A stretch of DNA of 37,526 nucleotides from Octopus bimaculoides (GCF_001194135.2 NC_068993.1:24118703-24156228), one strand, 5' to 3'. Counted from the first letter of the stretch, positions 22,926 to 34,705 are shown. The notes: a model not told the origin generated them from the letters alone. Made by a program: numbers and translations.

Positions 22926-23732
22926 GTAATGAAAAGTAAAAGTGACATCCAATATTTGCTGTGTCGATGTATCTATGTATCGACTTTTCGTTGGATCTAT
23001 GTATGTACTGTTTCTCTCACTTTCTCTCCTTCTCTTTCACTTCTTCTGTGTCTCTCCTCTCTCCCGCTTTTAATTTAACAATTTGTGTATGTATCTATGT
23101 ATCAACTTTTCTTTCGATCTATGTATCTACTTCTCTTGCAATGTGATAAGCATTTAAAAACGCAAAACGAATGCAGTCCACTCTCACCGTCTCTTTCCCT
23201 CTCTCTCTCTCTCACGCTCTTTCTTTCTCTCTCACTTTCTTTCTCTTTCTCTCTTAATTGCTCTCTGTCCTCCTCTCTCTTGCGTTGCCACTCACTTCTT
23301 GGACGTAAGTGTGACACACGCCAGGTAAGTACAAAAAGAACGAATTGAAATAACATCAACAAACCACATAAACACTAATCCACAGACAAATTAAAATATC
23401 AAGCACAATTTAATGACTACATATAAACAATTCTGGTCAACTCTACCACTTGACAGAATAGAGGGCATTGATTGTTTGGGACAGTCAATAGGAGACGTTT
23501 ACTCAACCTTATCAGCCTTAACTTTCAGCGCAAAAAATATTGTCACATGTCAGTAACGCACGGACGTAGCGGGGTGCGTACAGAAGTTTCTAAGCCTAAT
23601 AATGTGATAATCCTCGGCTAATCAAACAGATACATGATCGCTCCATAAAAACAAAATAATTTTCGAAATCAGTCATAAACAAGACAATTGCGGCATAACC
23701 CCGCGTCTTTCTAACTCACTTAACGTTTGAAA

Positions 23733-23802
<70 letters not shown>
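23733..23802. repeat. (ATAG)n tetranucleotide microsatellite
   Basis: Seen directly. Confidence 0.95.
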
Positions 23803-23874
23803 GGGTTAATGGATGGAATGATGGCTGGATACGTACATATATATTTATGTGCATGTGTGTGTATGTATGTGTAA

Positions 23875-24053
23875 GTGTGCCTTTCTGTTTGTCCTCAGCA
23901 ACACTGCATGATGACCGATTCTGGGTTTCTTTTAAGGTTCCATAAATTAGTACCTGAGTGTAAAAAATTAGTATTGAGATCGAGTTTTTCGGCTGAACCT
24001 TTCAAGGCGACGCTTCACCATGGCTGCAGTTCAATGACTAAAACAAATAAAAG
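23875..24053 (+). mobile_element. Old SINE family B, 3' half
   Basis: tgtttgtcctcagca...aaggcgacgcttcaccatggctgcagttcaatgactaaaacaaataaaaga resembles 110-313. Confidence 0.65.
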
Positions 24054-25439
24054 ATGGTAAAAGTTACCAAAGTCCTTAAATATCATAAAAACAATTTTTA
24101 AAGAATATGTTCTTACATCATTAATAATATTCCTAACCAACAAATTCCAAAGAAAGCAAAGGGAAAATATTAAGCCGTTTTAAACTTTCCGGAATATGTT
24201 TTGAAATCTGTAATGAACACATAGATATTAATTAATATCAGTTGTCTTGGAAGTATTTACTGTTTAAGAAACGTGTACTTTTTGCACATGAACTTTTTAC
24301 ACAATGGAGATGTTTTTTTTGTTTTTTTTTTTTTGTATGTAGGAGCATGTTGCATTAAAATTATAAATATTATTTTCATGGAGCAGTCTAATCCAAACAA
24401 GAACTGGCTTCGTATCTTTCCCAAGTCCTCTAAATCTCCAGACATCATAACTAACATCATTGACTCATTCCAATGAATTCTAAATGAATGCTCTTAACAA
24501 ATGTGTGGAATTTGTAGTCTTAAAGCAGCATACCTTTCTCGCAGTGTTGTCTAACATGCTGTTACGTTCAGAAAAAATAACACTAGCGTGAGATTTGCAA
24601 GATTTTCTATTAAACTCAAGCGTTGTTATAGACGTGATTCACTCCTTTAAGTTTCAGACAAAGTGCTTTGCTGTATTTAGTTCCAGCGTTTTACATTCTC
24701 AGTTCAAATTAGGGTAAGGTCAACTTTACCTTACGTCCTCCGAGGGTCAATAAAAGTTTTTAAAATCTAGTCAGGAACTGAGATCATTTTAATAGACTAA
24801 TAATGATTCTTTCCCAAAGAAACTAGAGATCAGCATCCCACAATGATTATTAGAGTGTATACCTTCAGCCACCATTACATCTGTTTTAGAATTGTAGAAG
24901 GATGAAGTAGTTTATTGCTGATTGCTTATTAGAACAGCTTCACTAAGCGGCATTGATATCAAAAAGTGCAGCACACTCATCGGAAGGTTTGGTATTCTGT
25001 TTCTATGTGACAAAGTAGCATCATTTTTTTATTGTGCCGCTAAATAGGAAAATCGATTTTGAGCAGACTGTATCTGTTAAACAATGTTTATTTGATACGG
25101 TCTGTGATATTGTTTCAAAAAATACCAGTGTTGGAGATATATTGAATTAGTTTCAATAGATAACACTAATCCTGAAACAGTCTGACGTCAAAAGAAACTG
25201 ACATGCGCAAATTATATAAATATGACAACGGATAAAGAAGATACATTTCTGACCTTGATCTATTGTAATATATTTTCAGCACTATGACCTAATTGTCTCT
25301 ACTATTCTACATAGCAGCTACGTCTCATGTTACTAAATAACTTTATAAATACGAGAAAATCAGAAAATTTCTCAGCAGGAAATAGCCTCTGAAGAATAAT
25401 ACTGCGCAGTATAGTTTTATTCATTTTCCTCAACTGCAG

Positions 25440-25498
25440 GAAATGAAGAACTACAAAAATTCGCTTCTGATTTGAAAGCATTCCAGAAAAATCTTTAG
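25440..25498 (+). CDS. Candidate terminal exon (GNEELQKFASDLKAFQKNL*)
   Basis: Acceptor tcattttcctcaactgcag and a protein-like frame. Confidence 0.2.
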
Positions 25499-26403
25499 AA
25501 GATACTAAATTTGAATAGTAGGAAAGCAATTAGTTTTTTTGTTTTTTTTTGTTAAGAAAATACATCTGTTTATTCCCAATAATACACTGTAATGAGTAGA
25601 AGTCTTCTGAAAATTAGTAAAGAAAAATAAAAAATTCTAGAAAGTAATGTCGTTTCACAAAACAATTGATACTCGAACGTAATTGAAAAATGCAAGACAA
25701 AATGCCATAGAGTGAGGGAGAAAATGCATTATATAATAGAGATGTTATTTAGTTCTTCTTTGGCAAGAATTTGAACAAATAATGTACTGCTTTCTTTTTA
25801 AATTTCCATAAGACGGATCTTTTATAAAACTTTGGCTTCATCTAGTGTATTCGGAGAATTTTTATATTTAACTTATACAAAAAAAAAACAACCCAGTAGT
25901 GCATTGGTAAACTTCGTAGATGAACTGTTTTTGGTGCTTGTTTCATTCAATTTTTACTCCATTTAATTCTCTAGTAGAATATAGCGATATCCTTCAACAA
26001 GTTAGGATGGCGAATGGCCTCCGTAATAAGCTGGACCGACCTATCTATGAAACTCTAAAGCATCATATTTAATAGTGTCCATGAATCCCCTTTTCCTATG
26101 TAGGTATGTGTTTAATAATGTGCGTGGAATAAGTGCCTTGACACAAAACCTATCACGCTAAGCTTCACACAAACGGAAGCTAAAACTTAATATATTTCAT
26201 ATAAATAGTATCATGAAAAATAGTATTTTGTCCAAAATATTGCGTAGGACAATCGAATCGGGAGCTTATTAATTGCAAAGTAGACTATTTAACAATAGCG
26301 GTTTTCATATGTATGTATCTAAATGAGTGAGGTTTTGAACCGGGTTACTATGGACGGAATTTGGGATTTGAAATCGTTCATGGTCACGACCGTAGCAATA
26401 TAT

Positions 26404-26620
26404 AGGTTTCAAATTTTAGCACAAACTGAGCAAGTTCGGGGGGAGGAGTAAGTCAATTACGTCAACCCATCGCTCAATTGGTACTTATTTTATCGATATT
26501 TAAATAATGAAAGGTAAAGTCGACCTCGATAGGTCGACGAATATAACTTAGAACATTTAGACGGACAGACTGTCGCAAACATTTTGCTGGGCATGTTAAC
26601 GATTCTGCCAGCTAAACGTC
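26404..26620 (-). mobile_element. Degenerate SINE family A
   Basis: tggtacttattttatcga, gaaaggtaaagtcgacctc, acgattctgccagct. Confidence 0.75.
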
Positions 26621-26654
26621 TTATAAATGCTATTAACATTAAAGTTAATTTCTT

Positions 26655-27019
26655 CACATTCTGAGTTCAAGCTCCACTGAGGTCGACTTTGACTTTCATC
26701 CTTTCTGGGGCAATTAAATAAGTACCAGTTGAAAACTGGGGTCAATGCAATCGGCTTATCCTCTCCCAGAAATTGCTGGCCTTATGTCAAGTTTAGAAAC
26801 CAGTATTAAGGCTAATTTTGGGGCAGTGAGCTGGCAGAATCGTCAGTACGCCGAGCGAAATACTTAGTGGCATTTCGTCAGTCCTTACTTTATGATTTCA
26901 AATTCTGTCGTGGTTGACTTTCATCCTTTCGGGGTGGATAAAATATGTACAAGTTGATGTTATCGATTTAACCCCTCACCCAAAATTGCTGACCTTGTGC
27001 CAAAATGTGAAATCAATAT
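26655..27019 (+). mobile_element. Two tandem degenerate SINE family A copies (26655-26793, 26821-27019)
   Basis: Repeated ctttcatcctttc and ggccttatg/gaccttgtg tails; head gagctggcagaatcgtcagtacgccg at 26828. Confidence 0.75.
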
Positions 27020-27078
27020 TAGTAGAGTAGGTATTACCAGAAAGTCTACTTCGTCTATTAGTGATGGTCTTTCTTTAG

Positions 27079-27193
27079 CTGGAGAATATAAATTCACCAA
27101 TTGAAACTAACAGTTTCAGACAAATTTATTGTATAAGCAAACAACCAGCTTCGATTTACTTAGTTGCGAACTTTATTACTTCATCTTGCATGG
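27079..27193 (+). CDS. Candidate exon (LENINSPIETNSFRQIYCISKQPASIYLVANFITSSCM)
   Basis: Acceptor gtctttctttag, open frame, weaker donor G|GTATAA. Confidence 0.2.
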
Positions 27194-28589
27194 GTATAAT
27201 ATTTGAAAAGTGAAACAAAATCAAAAGATTGCAGAGTATGTTCTGAAATTTATAAATGGTACGTTTACAAAATTATGTAGAAAAAAGTAAGTTTTATAGG
27301 CACTTGGACAGCCGTTGTACACAAGTATGTTTATATGGTATTGTTGCAATAAGGAACGGTGCAAGTTCAAGTAAATTATTACGTTTCCTGAAAATGTTCC
27401 TAAATGAATAATATTCGAAATAATAAACCGTACTATATACTAGGATACAATTAGACTTGGATACGATTCATAAATGTATTAGGTATTAAAGTCAATCCAG
27501 TAATGAACAACTAAAACCGTGTAGTTAATTAAGGAAATAATGTAAAGTTTGTTTGAGTATAAACTGAACTTAAGTTGACATTATATCTCTCAAGTTGCAA
27601 TCAGATTATTAATCGAATTATATTAAACGATCAAATTCAGATAGCAGTACTTTTCAACGTTAGCAATGAACTTCATTTTCAATGCTGAAGAACCTTTAAC
27701 AGTAATTTCACATGTGTCTACGTGTAAATATTAGTACGGGTTAAACTATTTAGCAGTAGCTGCTTCTCTACAAGACATAGGTTTGACAAAATATAATGTT
27801 ACAAAGCATAAAACACAAATACCCGCTCGTTTGTGTCTGTAATTACTTTCTTAGAATATCTATGCATTATTGTTTAAGATCAAAGCAAGAATTGCGGTGA
27901 GCTCCGGTGGAATCAAGTGCATTGCCAAATTTTGCTCAACTCATATTCGTTTACATATAGTGATTTTATCTTTAGAAAAAGAAACGATTAGATCTTTAAT
28001 ATACGAAAAATAAACGTCTTTTAATTAAACGAGTTTTAATGTTATGTTTCAGAAGCGATTTACCTTTTGATTAAAATATTTTATGAAAGATAGTAGTTTT
28101 GATGGTTTATATATAAGAGTTATGTGTTTGAAAAATTATGTATAACGGGGCTATATGCGGTGCAATGCTTTTAGATTTCGTTCTCATTGGGAACAACATA
28201 GCTTTTAATTCTTTCGTAAGTTGATAAAAAAATTAACAGTAATAGAACTATATAAATGTTAATTAACTATAAATCACTCCTCTGTTGGTAGAGATTTATT
28301 CCAATGTTTAAACAAGTTCTTGACAATTAATACATCTTTAGAACCTCCAGGAAAATGCGTTCTGCTCTTAAGAAAAACAAGCAAACAGTGTTCTTTTATT
28401 TACTTACTTTTAGCTAAAATTCTGCCATGGGTTTCATTATCTTTCATAACTCCACGGTCGACAGAACAAAATACCAAAGACATACTGATTTCAGTTTAAT
28501 CAAGTGTATTCGACTTCATATATCCTGTCCGTGCTATTGTAAGTATTAGAGTTGGAAAGAATGCTTTCGAGTAATACACCGTCTCTTTT

Positions 28590-28730
28590 CATTCTTAGTT
28601 CTAATTCTGCTGAGTTTTACTTTGTCTTTCACCCTTTCAAAGTCGATAAAACAAGTACCAGTTAAGCACTGGGATCGATGGACTCACCTAACACCTCCCC
28701 ACAAAATTCCAGGCAAACTTCATATATAGA
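28590..28730 (+). mobile_element. Old SINE family A fragment
   Basis: ctttcaccctttcaaagtcgataaaacaagtaccagtt...ctgggatcgat. Confidence 0.6.
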
Positions 28731-29306
28731 AAGAATTACTTTAATTTCTTATGGAGCTGAAATGACATTAATAACTTGTAATAGTTAACAAAACTTCACT
28801 TGAAAGTCTGAGTTTGAATTGCGCTGAGGTTAACTTTCACTCTTCTGAGATCGACAAAATGAATATCCATCAAGCAATAAGCTCGATTATATCGACCATA
28901 TTCCTCCATAAAACTGTGTCCCTTTATTCCAGATTCAAAAATCAATATTTGTTATTACTGTTATTTCATAGAATTTTTAAATTAATGATTGTTTTGCAAT
29001 TTTTCTGCTTCTCTCATAGAAAACCGACTTTTGACCTACGCACGAGTGAGAAACTGAAATGCATATTCAATTTCATGTAAAACACATCAATCATAATATG
29101 AAACTCAAGTAGTGATATAAATAATTTTATTACTTTGTGGGAATCATGTTGATCACTTAACTAACCAATGACATGTATCCCACTTTCAACCATGAATTCT
29201 ACAACCATTCAATGATTAATTGTGTGACAACATAGAAAAAATCCATGTTTAGCTTCCCTATGTGAATAATAATATGGAAAAGCACCATGATTATAAGCAA
29301 TAAATA

Positions 29307-29405
29307 ATGGTTTCAAATTTTTGCACAAAGCCAGCGATTTCGGAGAAGAGCTAAAATTATTACGTCGACTCCACGGCTCAACTGGTATTTATCTTATCGA
29401 TTCCT
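29307..29405 (-). mobile_element. SINE family A 3' half, truncated by the adjacent RTE fragment
   Basis: ggtttcaaatttttgcacaaagccagc...caactggtatttatcttatcga. Confidence 0.65.
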
Positions 29406-29419
29406 CATAAGAAATCATC

Positions 29420-29740
29420 TTCGAAGTTATGCATCGTATTGATGAAACTACAACGGAAGTATTCTCGATTAAATGCTAGTTCTCCAGTTAGCTTGCTACA
29501 CTTGTCCACCCAGTACTTGATATTGTCCAACCACGGCCTTCATTGCGTGCCACTTGATCCACTAGACTTCACTCTTCCTTCTATGATAATATATTCCAAA
29601 GCTCAGATTCTTCGAATATGGGCATGATAAATGAGTTCTTGTTTCTTCACAATGTTCAGGAGTTGGCATCTTTCACCTGCTTGCTGTAACACCTATTCAT
29701 TTGTCCGATGATCCTGATAAGAAACGCGTGACATTCTTCT
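29420..29740 (-). mobile_element. RTE-clade LINE 3' fragment
   Basis: RRMSRVSYQDHRTNE*VLQQAG...LLNIVKKQELIYHAHIRR...IIEGRVK...WLDNIKYW matches the RTE ORF C-terminal pattern. Confidence 0.8.
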
Positions 29741-29782
29741 ATACACACACATTCCAAACACATTGATTATGAGCAATAAATA

Positions 29783-30199
29783 ATCCTTTCTGCTATAAGC
29801 ACAACGCTTGAAATTTGTGGCGAGGGGTCTACTCGATTACATCGACCCCAGTGCTTGTCTAGTACTTAATCTATCGTCCCTGGAAGGATGAAAGGCAAAG
29901 TCGACCTTGGAACTTCAAGTAAGGACGTAAAGACAGACAAAAAGCATTTTGTCCGCCATGCTAACGATTCTGCCAGCTCGCTGTCATCTTATAAGCAATA
30001 AATATTCCTCTCTATTAAAAGTACAAGGCCTGACATTTTGCGGACAGGACTAGTCGATTATAACGACACCAGAACGAAACTGGTACTTATTTCATCGAAC
30101 TCGAGAGGATGAAAGTCAAAGTCGGCTTCGGCCGAATTCGATCTCAGATTGTAAATACGAACGAAACACCCCTAAGCATTTAGCCAGCTCGCCGCCTTC
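29783..30199 (-). mobile_element. Two tandem SINE family A copies (29783-29988, 30005-30199)
   Basis: Each has ggatgaaag.caaagtcg and gccagctcgc, and they are separated by ttataagcaataaata. Confidence 0.8.
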
Positions 30200-30225
30200 T
30201 TATAAGCAATAAATAATGAAAGTAA

Positions 30226-30440
30226 GGCGGCCAGCTGGCAGAAACGTTAGGGCGCCGGGCGAAATGCTTCGCGGTATTTCGTCTGTCTTTACGTTCTGAG
30301 TTCAAATTCCGGCGAGGTCGATTTTGCCTTTCATCCTTTCCGAGTCGATAAGTTAAGTACCAGTTGTGTACTGGGATCGATCTAATTGACTGGCCACCTC
30401 TCCAAAAATGTCTGGCCTTCTGCCTAGAGTAGAAAAGAAT
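30226..30440 (+). mobile_element. Full-length, well-preserved SINE family A
   Basis: ggcggccagctggcagaaacgttag (A-box-like), gagttcaaattcc (B-box-like), tail tgcctagagtagaaaagaat. Confidence 0.9.
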
Positions 30441-30993
30441 AAATACTGACACTTTTTGCCATCTGTAGATAGAATGATATATATATATATTTCCATTCTG
30501 TTATCCTCTTGTAATGACAGAACGAAATAATACTTCTTTGGATATAAATGTTAAACTATTTGCAAGTAGAGTCGATCTAAAATTTATTAGAATATGCCCG
30601 TAAACAATTACTGAGCATGCTATCAGCCAATTTACCAAGTGCATCTGAAGATCTAAGTCTGAACCTCATGAGGTATTTCCCAGGCTCTTCATCCGCTTAA
30701 CTTGTTACAACTATACAAACATAAATATAAAATATATTTACAGTCGGTGCACATCACCTAGTGCAACGAATGTTCTAAGTCTTATTTTCATGAGGTATGC
30801 TCAATCTTCTTTACTGAAATATCTTGTTTGGACAATATAAACGTACACAAGAAAGATATGAAAATATATCTACTGTGAAGGTTCAAATAAAATTAACAAT
30901 TTAAAGAAACACTGAACACCATGAGACATCATAGATATTAGCAGGATTCTCCATACATTTATATTTAAATTTCTCGGCAAAAACAAAGTAAAT

Positions 30994-31310
30994 AAAAGAA
31001 TGAATGAGACCTCGATATTATGTAAATAGCAGAATTTATCTGTATTATGTGACAATTATTCAGTTGCTATAATAAAACTCCGAGTTTGGGATGTCGGGTC
31101 GAAAAGCTACTCCGGCATCTCGTCAGTTATTAAGACAATCAAAAAATGCTATGAAAATGACTGTCAAACAAAGGGAAATTACTATATAAATGACCATTAT
31201 TAAGACAAACAAAAGAGCTATTAGAATGACCGTTAAATAAAGGGAAAAAATCTGAAGGGGAGAAAGTAAAAATGTAAGAACGTAAAAACGCTCATAGAAT
31301 TCGCGTATGT
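30994..31310 (-). repeat. Inverted arm 1 (PLE terminal-repeat-like)
   Basis: Reverse complement of 31850-32172 along its length, with scattered substitutions. Confidence 0.9.
31070..31132 (-). ncRNA. Hammerhead-like ribozyme fold, variant core (copy 1)
   Basis: TAATAA-CTGACGA-gatgccgg...ccgacatc-cCAAAC-tcgga-GTT-TTATTA. Confidence 0.6.
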
Positions 31311-31770
31311 GTGTATGCACAGACATACACATGCGTGCATGCACACCCACGTGCATGTGCCTACATGCATATGCTCACTCACACTCGCGTGAAACACATA
31401 CATGCACACCAACACACACGCCTATATATGCACATATATGCAACCATACACGTGTACACATCTGCACACACGCACACACACGGGAGCATATACCTATACG
31501 CACACAATTATATTCATATACACATCTAAATACGCACATGCTATATATGCATATGCTCACCCACACCAGCGTGAAACACATGCATGTACACCCACATATA
31601 TATGCAACCATACGCATGTACCATACACATGTACACATATGCAACCATACACATGCAACCATACACATGTACACATATACATACTCGCACACACGCACAC
31701 AAACACACATGTATATATACCCATACGTGCACAAATATGTCCATATACACGTCTATATGCGCACATGGAC
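31311..31770. repeat. CA-rich degenerate minisatellite with ~190-bp internal duplication
   Basis: gcatatgctcac...gcgtgaaacaca occurs at ~31368 and ~31549; catatgcaaccatacac units recur. Confidence 0.75.
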
Positions 31771-31849
31771 AAGAACAATGCAGGGTGAAAGGTAATTTAC
31801 AGAAAAAATATGTAAAACTATATAAAGCAGTATATGTATGTACATGTGC

Positions 31850-32172
31850 GCATACGCGAATTTTGTGAGCGTTTTTACTTTCTTACATTTTTACTTCCTC
31901 CCCTTCAGGTGTTTTTCCCTTTATTTAACGGTCATTCTAATATCTCTTTTGTTTGTCTTAATAACAGTCATTTATATAGTAATTTCCCTTTGTTTAACAG
32001 TCATTTTCATAGCATTTTTTTATTGTCTTAATAACTGACGAGATGCCGGAGTAGATTTCCGCCCCGACATCCCAAACTCGGAGTTTTATTATGGCAACCG
32101 AATAATTGTCGCATATTATATTACAGATCAATTCCTCTATTTACATAACATCGAGGTCTCATTCATTCTTTT
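31850..32172 (+). repeat. Arm 2 (sense PLE terminal repeat upstream of the RT ORF)
   Basis: Inverted partner of 30994-31310; lies ~125 bp upstream of the PLE ATG. Confidence 0.9.
32029..32091 (+). ncRNA. Hammerhead-like ribozyme fold, variant core (copy 2)
   Basis: Stem I TAATAA/TTATTA, core CTGACGA, stem II gatgccgg/ccgacatc, CCAAAC in place of GAAAC, near-palindromic stem III AAACTC-G-GAGTTT. Confidence 0.6.
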
Positions 32173-32296
32173 GTTGTCATACCATTACTATTAATATAAT
32201 TACCTCCCATGCACCGCTATTTCCCCCCAAAAGCTCATACAGCTTGTTTTTAAAAATCGCCATAAATCGGTTGAGGACTCTGAAGAAGAATTCAAT

Positions 32297-33635
32297 ATGG
32301 ACGCCTTCATCATCTATTATTCTATGAAAAACATACCTATACCATCCAGGTAACTATACTCAAAGAAACTTTCGGAGAAAATTACAGACCTTATTAAGCG
32401 TATGAGATGGAAGCTTTCTTTTACAACATGGAAGAAGACACTACAGAGAACATATTCTATGGAATTTAATCAAAGAAATTCCCTCCAAAAACCAAAGTCT
32501 TGGAAGACTTCGAAGCGGACTTACTGAAGCTCACGAACAAAATAAAATTTCGTAAGTCTTTTAACACTTTCCAACAGAAACTGAAAAAGGATATCAAATA
32601 CATAAAGAGTTCCAAAAAATCGGCACTTTTTTCTGATAAAACCAAGAACTTATACCTTGTAGAAAACAACACATACTCACGACTCCAACACAACAGCATC
32701 GATAATAATTACACCAAAGCTAGGCCACAGATTTATAACGAAATTAATAAAGAAGCTAGCATCATCGCCGCCAGACTTAAATTAGATAAAATAAATAGAG
32801 GCCCTTCCAAAAAAAGAGGCCTTTATAACTATTAAAGACCATAAAAAGAACTTCCTATCTAATCCTAAGTGTAGGCTTATTAACCCAGCTAAATCAGAAA
32901 TTGGAATTATTAGTAAAGAAATTTTAGGAAAAATCAATGCGAAAGTCAGGAATGCCACTAGGTTAGTACAATGGTCCAATAGTATAGAAGTCGTTGACTG
33001 GTTTAAAACCATTAGGAATAAGAATAAAGCGAGATTCACGCAATTCGATATTGTCGATTTCTATGCCTCTATCTCTAAGGAACTGCTAGATGAAGCCCTC
33101 ACCTTCGCAAGCGAATTTATAGAAATTAGTACACAAGATAAGGACATAATCATCCATGCAAGAAAGAATTTACTCTTCAGTGAGAACGCAGAGTGGTTCA
33201 AGACTACCGATAGAGAGGGTGTTTTCAATGTGAGCATGGAGTCATATGATACAGTAGGCATATGCGATCGATACGTTGGGCAAGACTTTCCTGACTATTC
33301 CATTTACAAAGATGGTTCCCTGACTTTAACCACTAATACCAATGGACCAGCAGAAGATCAGTTTAGGAAGGACATTATTCAAATGATGAAAACTTTCAGT
33401 CTTACCATAACTACAGATACCAAACTGACTGTTGTCAATTTCCTAGATGTATCCTTAGATTTAAATAAGAATATTTACAAACCTTATAGGAAGCCTAACG
33501 ATAGACTTAGTTATATTAATGAAGGTTCCTGCCATCCCCCCATAGAGTTTGAAAATTTAGTTAAAAGCATTAGCAAAAGAATTTCTAGCTTTTCCTCCGA
33601 TAGGGATATTTTTGATAGTGTTGCCACAGTATATG
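32297..33635 (+). pseudogene. Penelope-like element reverse transcriptase pseudogene, 3'-truncated (no endonuclease)
   Basis: YSMKNIPIPS, IKRMRWK, FITIKDHKKNFLSNPKCRLINPAKSEIG, QFDIVDFYASISKELL, FNVSMESYD, VNFLDVSLDL, YKPYRKPND, CHPP. The catalytic motif has decayed to YKDG. An early stop and frameshifts are present. Confidence 0.88.
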
Positions 33636-34424
33636 TTCCTACATTACATATTTATATTGTTTCGCAAGCCGAAAATTTAGGATTTATTTTTTTTAGTCTC
33701 TAGACTTCTTTAGAGTCTCTTCAGAAAAAAAATCAACACTTCCTGCCCGTGTAAATGATTGTAGCGTAGAACTTATTTATAAGTTTTGCAGTCTAGAAGT
33801 CGGTGAAGTATGAAATACTTTATCAATCCAAGCTGTTACTGCCATCAATAACGTGCAATTTGATTGGCTAATTTAAGAGAATCCTGTATTATATTCACTA
33901 TAAACATCTATAAACTAATCATATGGGTATGGAAAGAAAATGAAATCTTGAAATATGTAACATGGCTTCCACATTTTCTACCTATATGCAGTTAAAAAAA
34001 TGCTGCGCAACCGCATTGGAAATATTTCACAACGATTTTTATGTTTTATTCTGAAAAGTCTTAGACTCTATATCATATAATCGCAAAATTCTCAGCAGTC
34101 TGTAGTGAACTATGAATAAAGTATATAAATAAACGTATGTGTATGAATGTGCAGATGTATTTCTGTGCATGTGTGAATGTTTGCGGCGAAAGAGTGAGAG
34201 AGATCGATGTAGAACTTTGATCAACATTCATGGAAGCAAATATATTTCAATTACCCAAATTGATCAATTCATATATAAAGTGGGAACTCCTTTTGATCGT
34301 TCTAATGAATCGGTATTCGTCACGTAACTACTTGTTTAAGTTCTTCGAAACCAAAATAAAAATACTTGTTAGTTAATGATGCGTGAAGGGTAGAATTTAT
34401 CTATAGTGTTTCTATATACACATA

Positions 34425-34672
34425 CAAATGTATGTATGTATGTATGTATGTACGTACGTATGTATGTANNNNNNNNNNNNNNNNNNNNNNNNNNNNNNNN
34501 NNNNNNNNNNNNNNNNNNNNNNNNNNNNNNNNNNNNNNNNNNNNNNNNNNNNNNNNNNNNNNNNNNNNNNNNNNNNNNNNNNNNNNNNNNNNNNNNNNNN
34601 NNNNNNNNNNNNNNNNNNNNNNNNNNNNNNNNNNNNNNNNNNNNNNNNNNNNNNNNNNNNNNNNNNNNNNNN

Positions 34673-34705
<33 letters not shown>
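34425..34705. repeat. (ATGT)n and (TA)n flanking gap 34469-34672
   Basis: Seen directly. Confidence 0.9.

Noticed and set aside
22254-22952. 232-aa minus-strand ORF with an internal repeat (QVAEYST twice)
   Set aside because: The repeat is the antisense reading of two family C SINE copies, and much of the ORF is SINE-derived. Not a credible gene.
23300-23335. Minus-strand TACTTACCTGGCGT resembling the U1 snRNA 5' end
   Set aside because: Similarity stops after ~14 nt, with no U1 stem-loops or Sm site. Better explained as a plus-strand splice donor.
29291-30215. Regularly spaced 16-bp direct repeats as a CRISPR-like array
   Set aside because: The intervening sequences are homologous SINEs of 200-460 bp, the context is eukaryotic, and there are no cas genes.
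30226-30310. tRNA-like sequences (also at 22155 and 8085-8137)
   Set aside because: These are SINE heads continuing into repeat bodies, with no complete cloverleaf.
31307-31868. Overlapping His/Thr-rich and Cys/Val-rich ORFs
   Set aside because: Translations of a CA/TG minisatellite in several frames.
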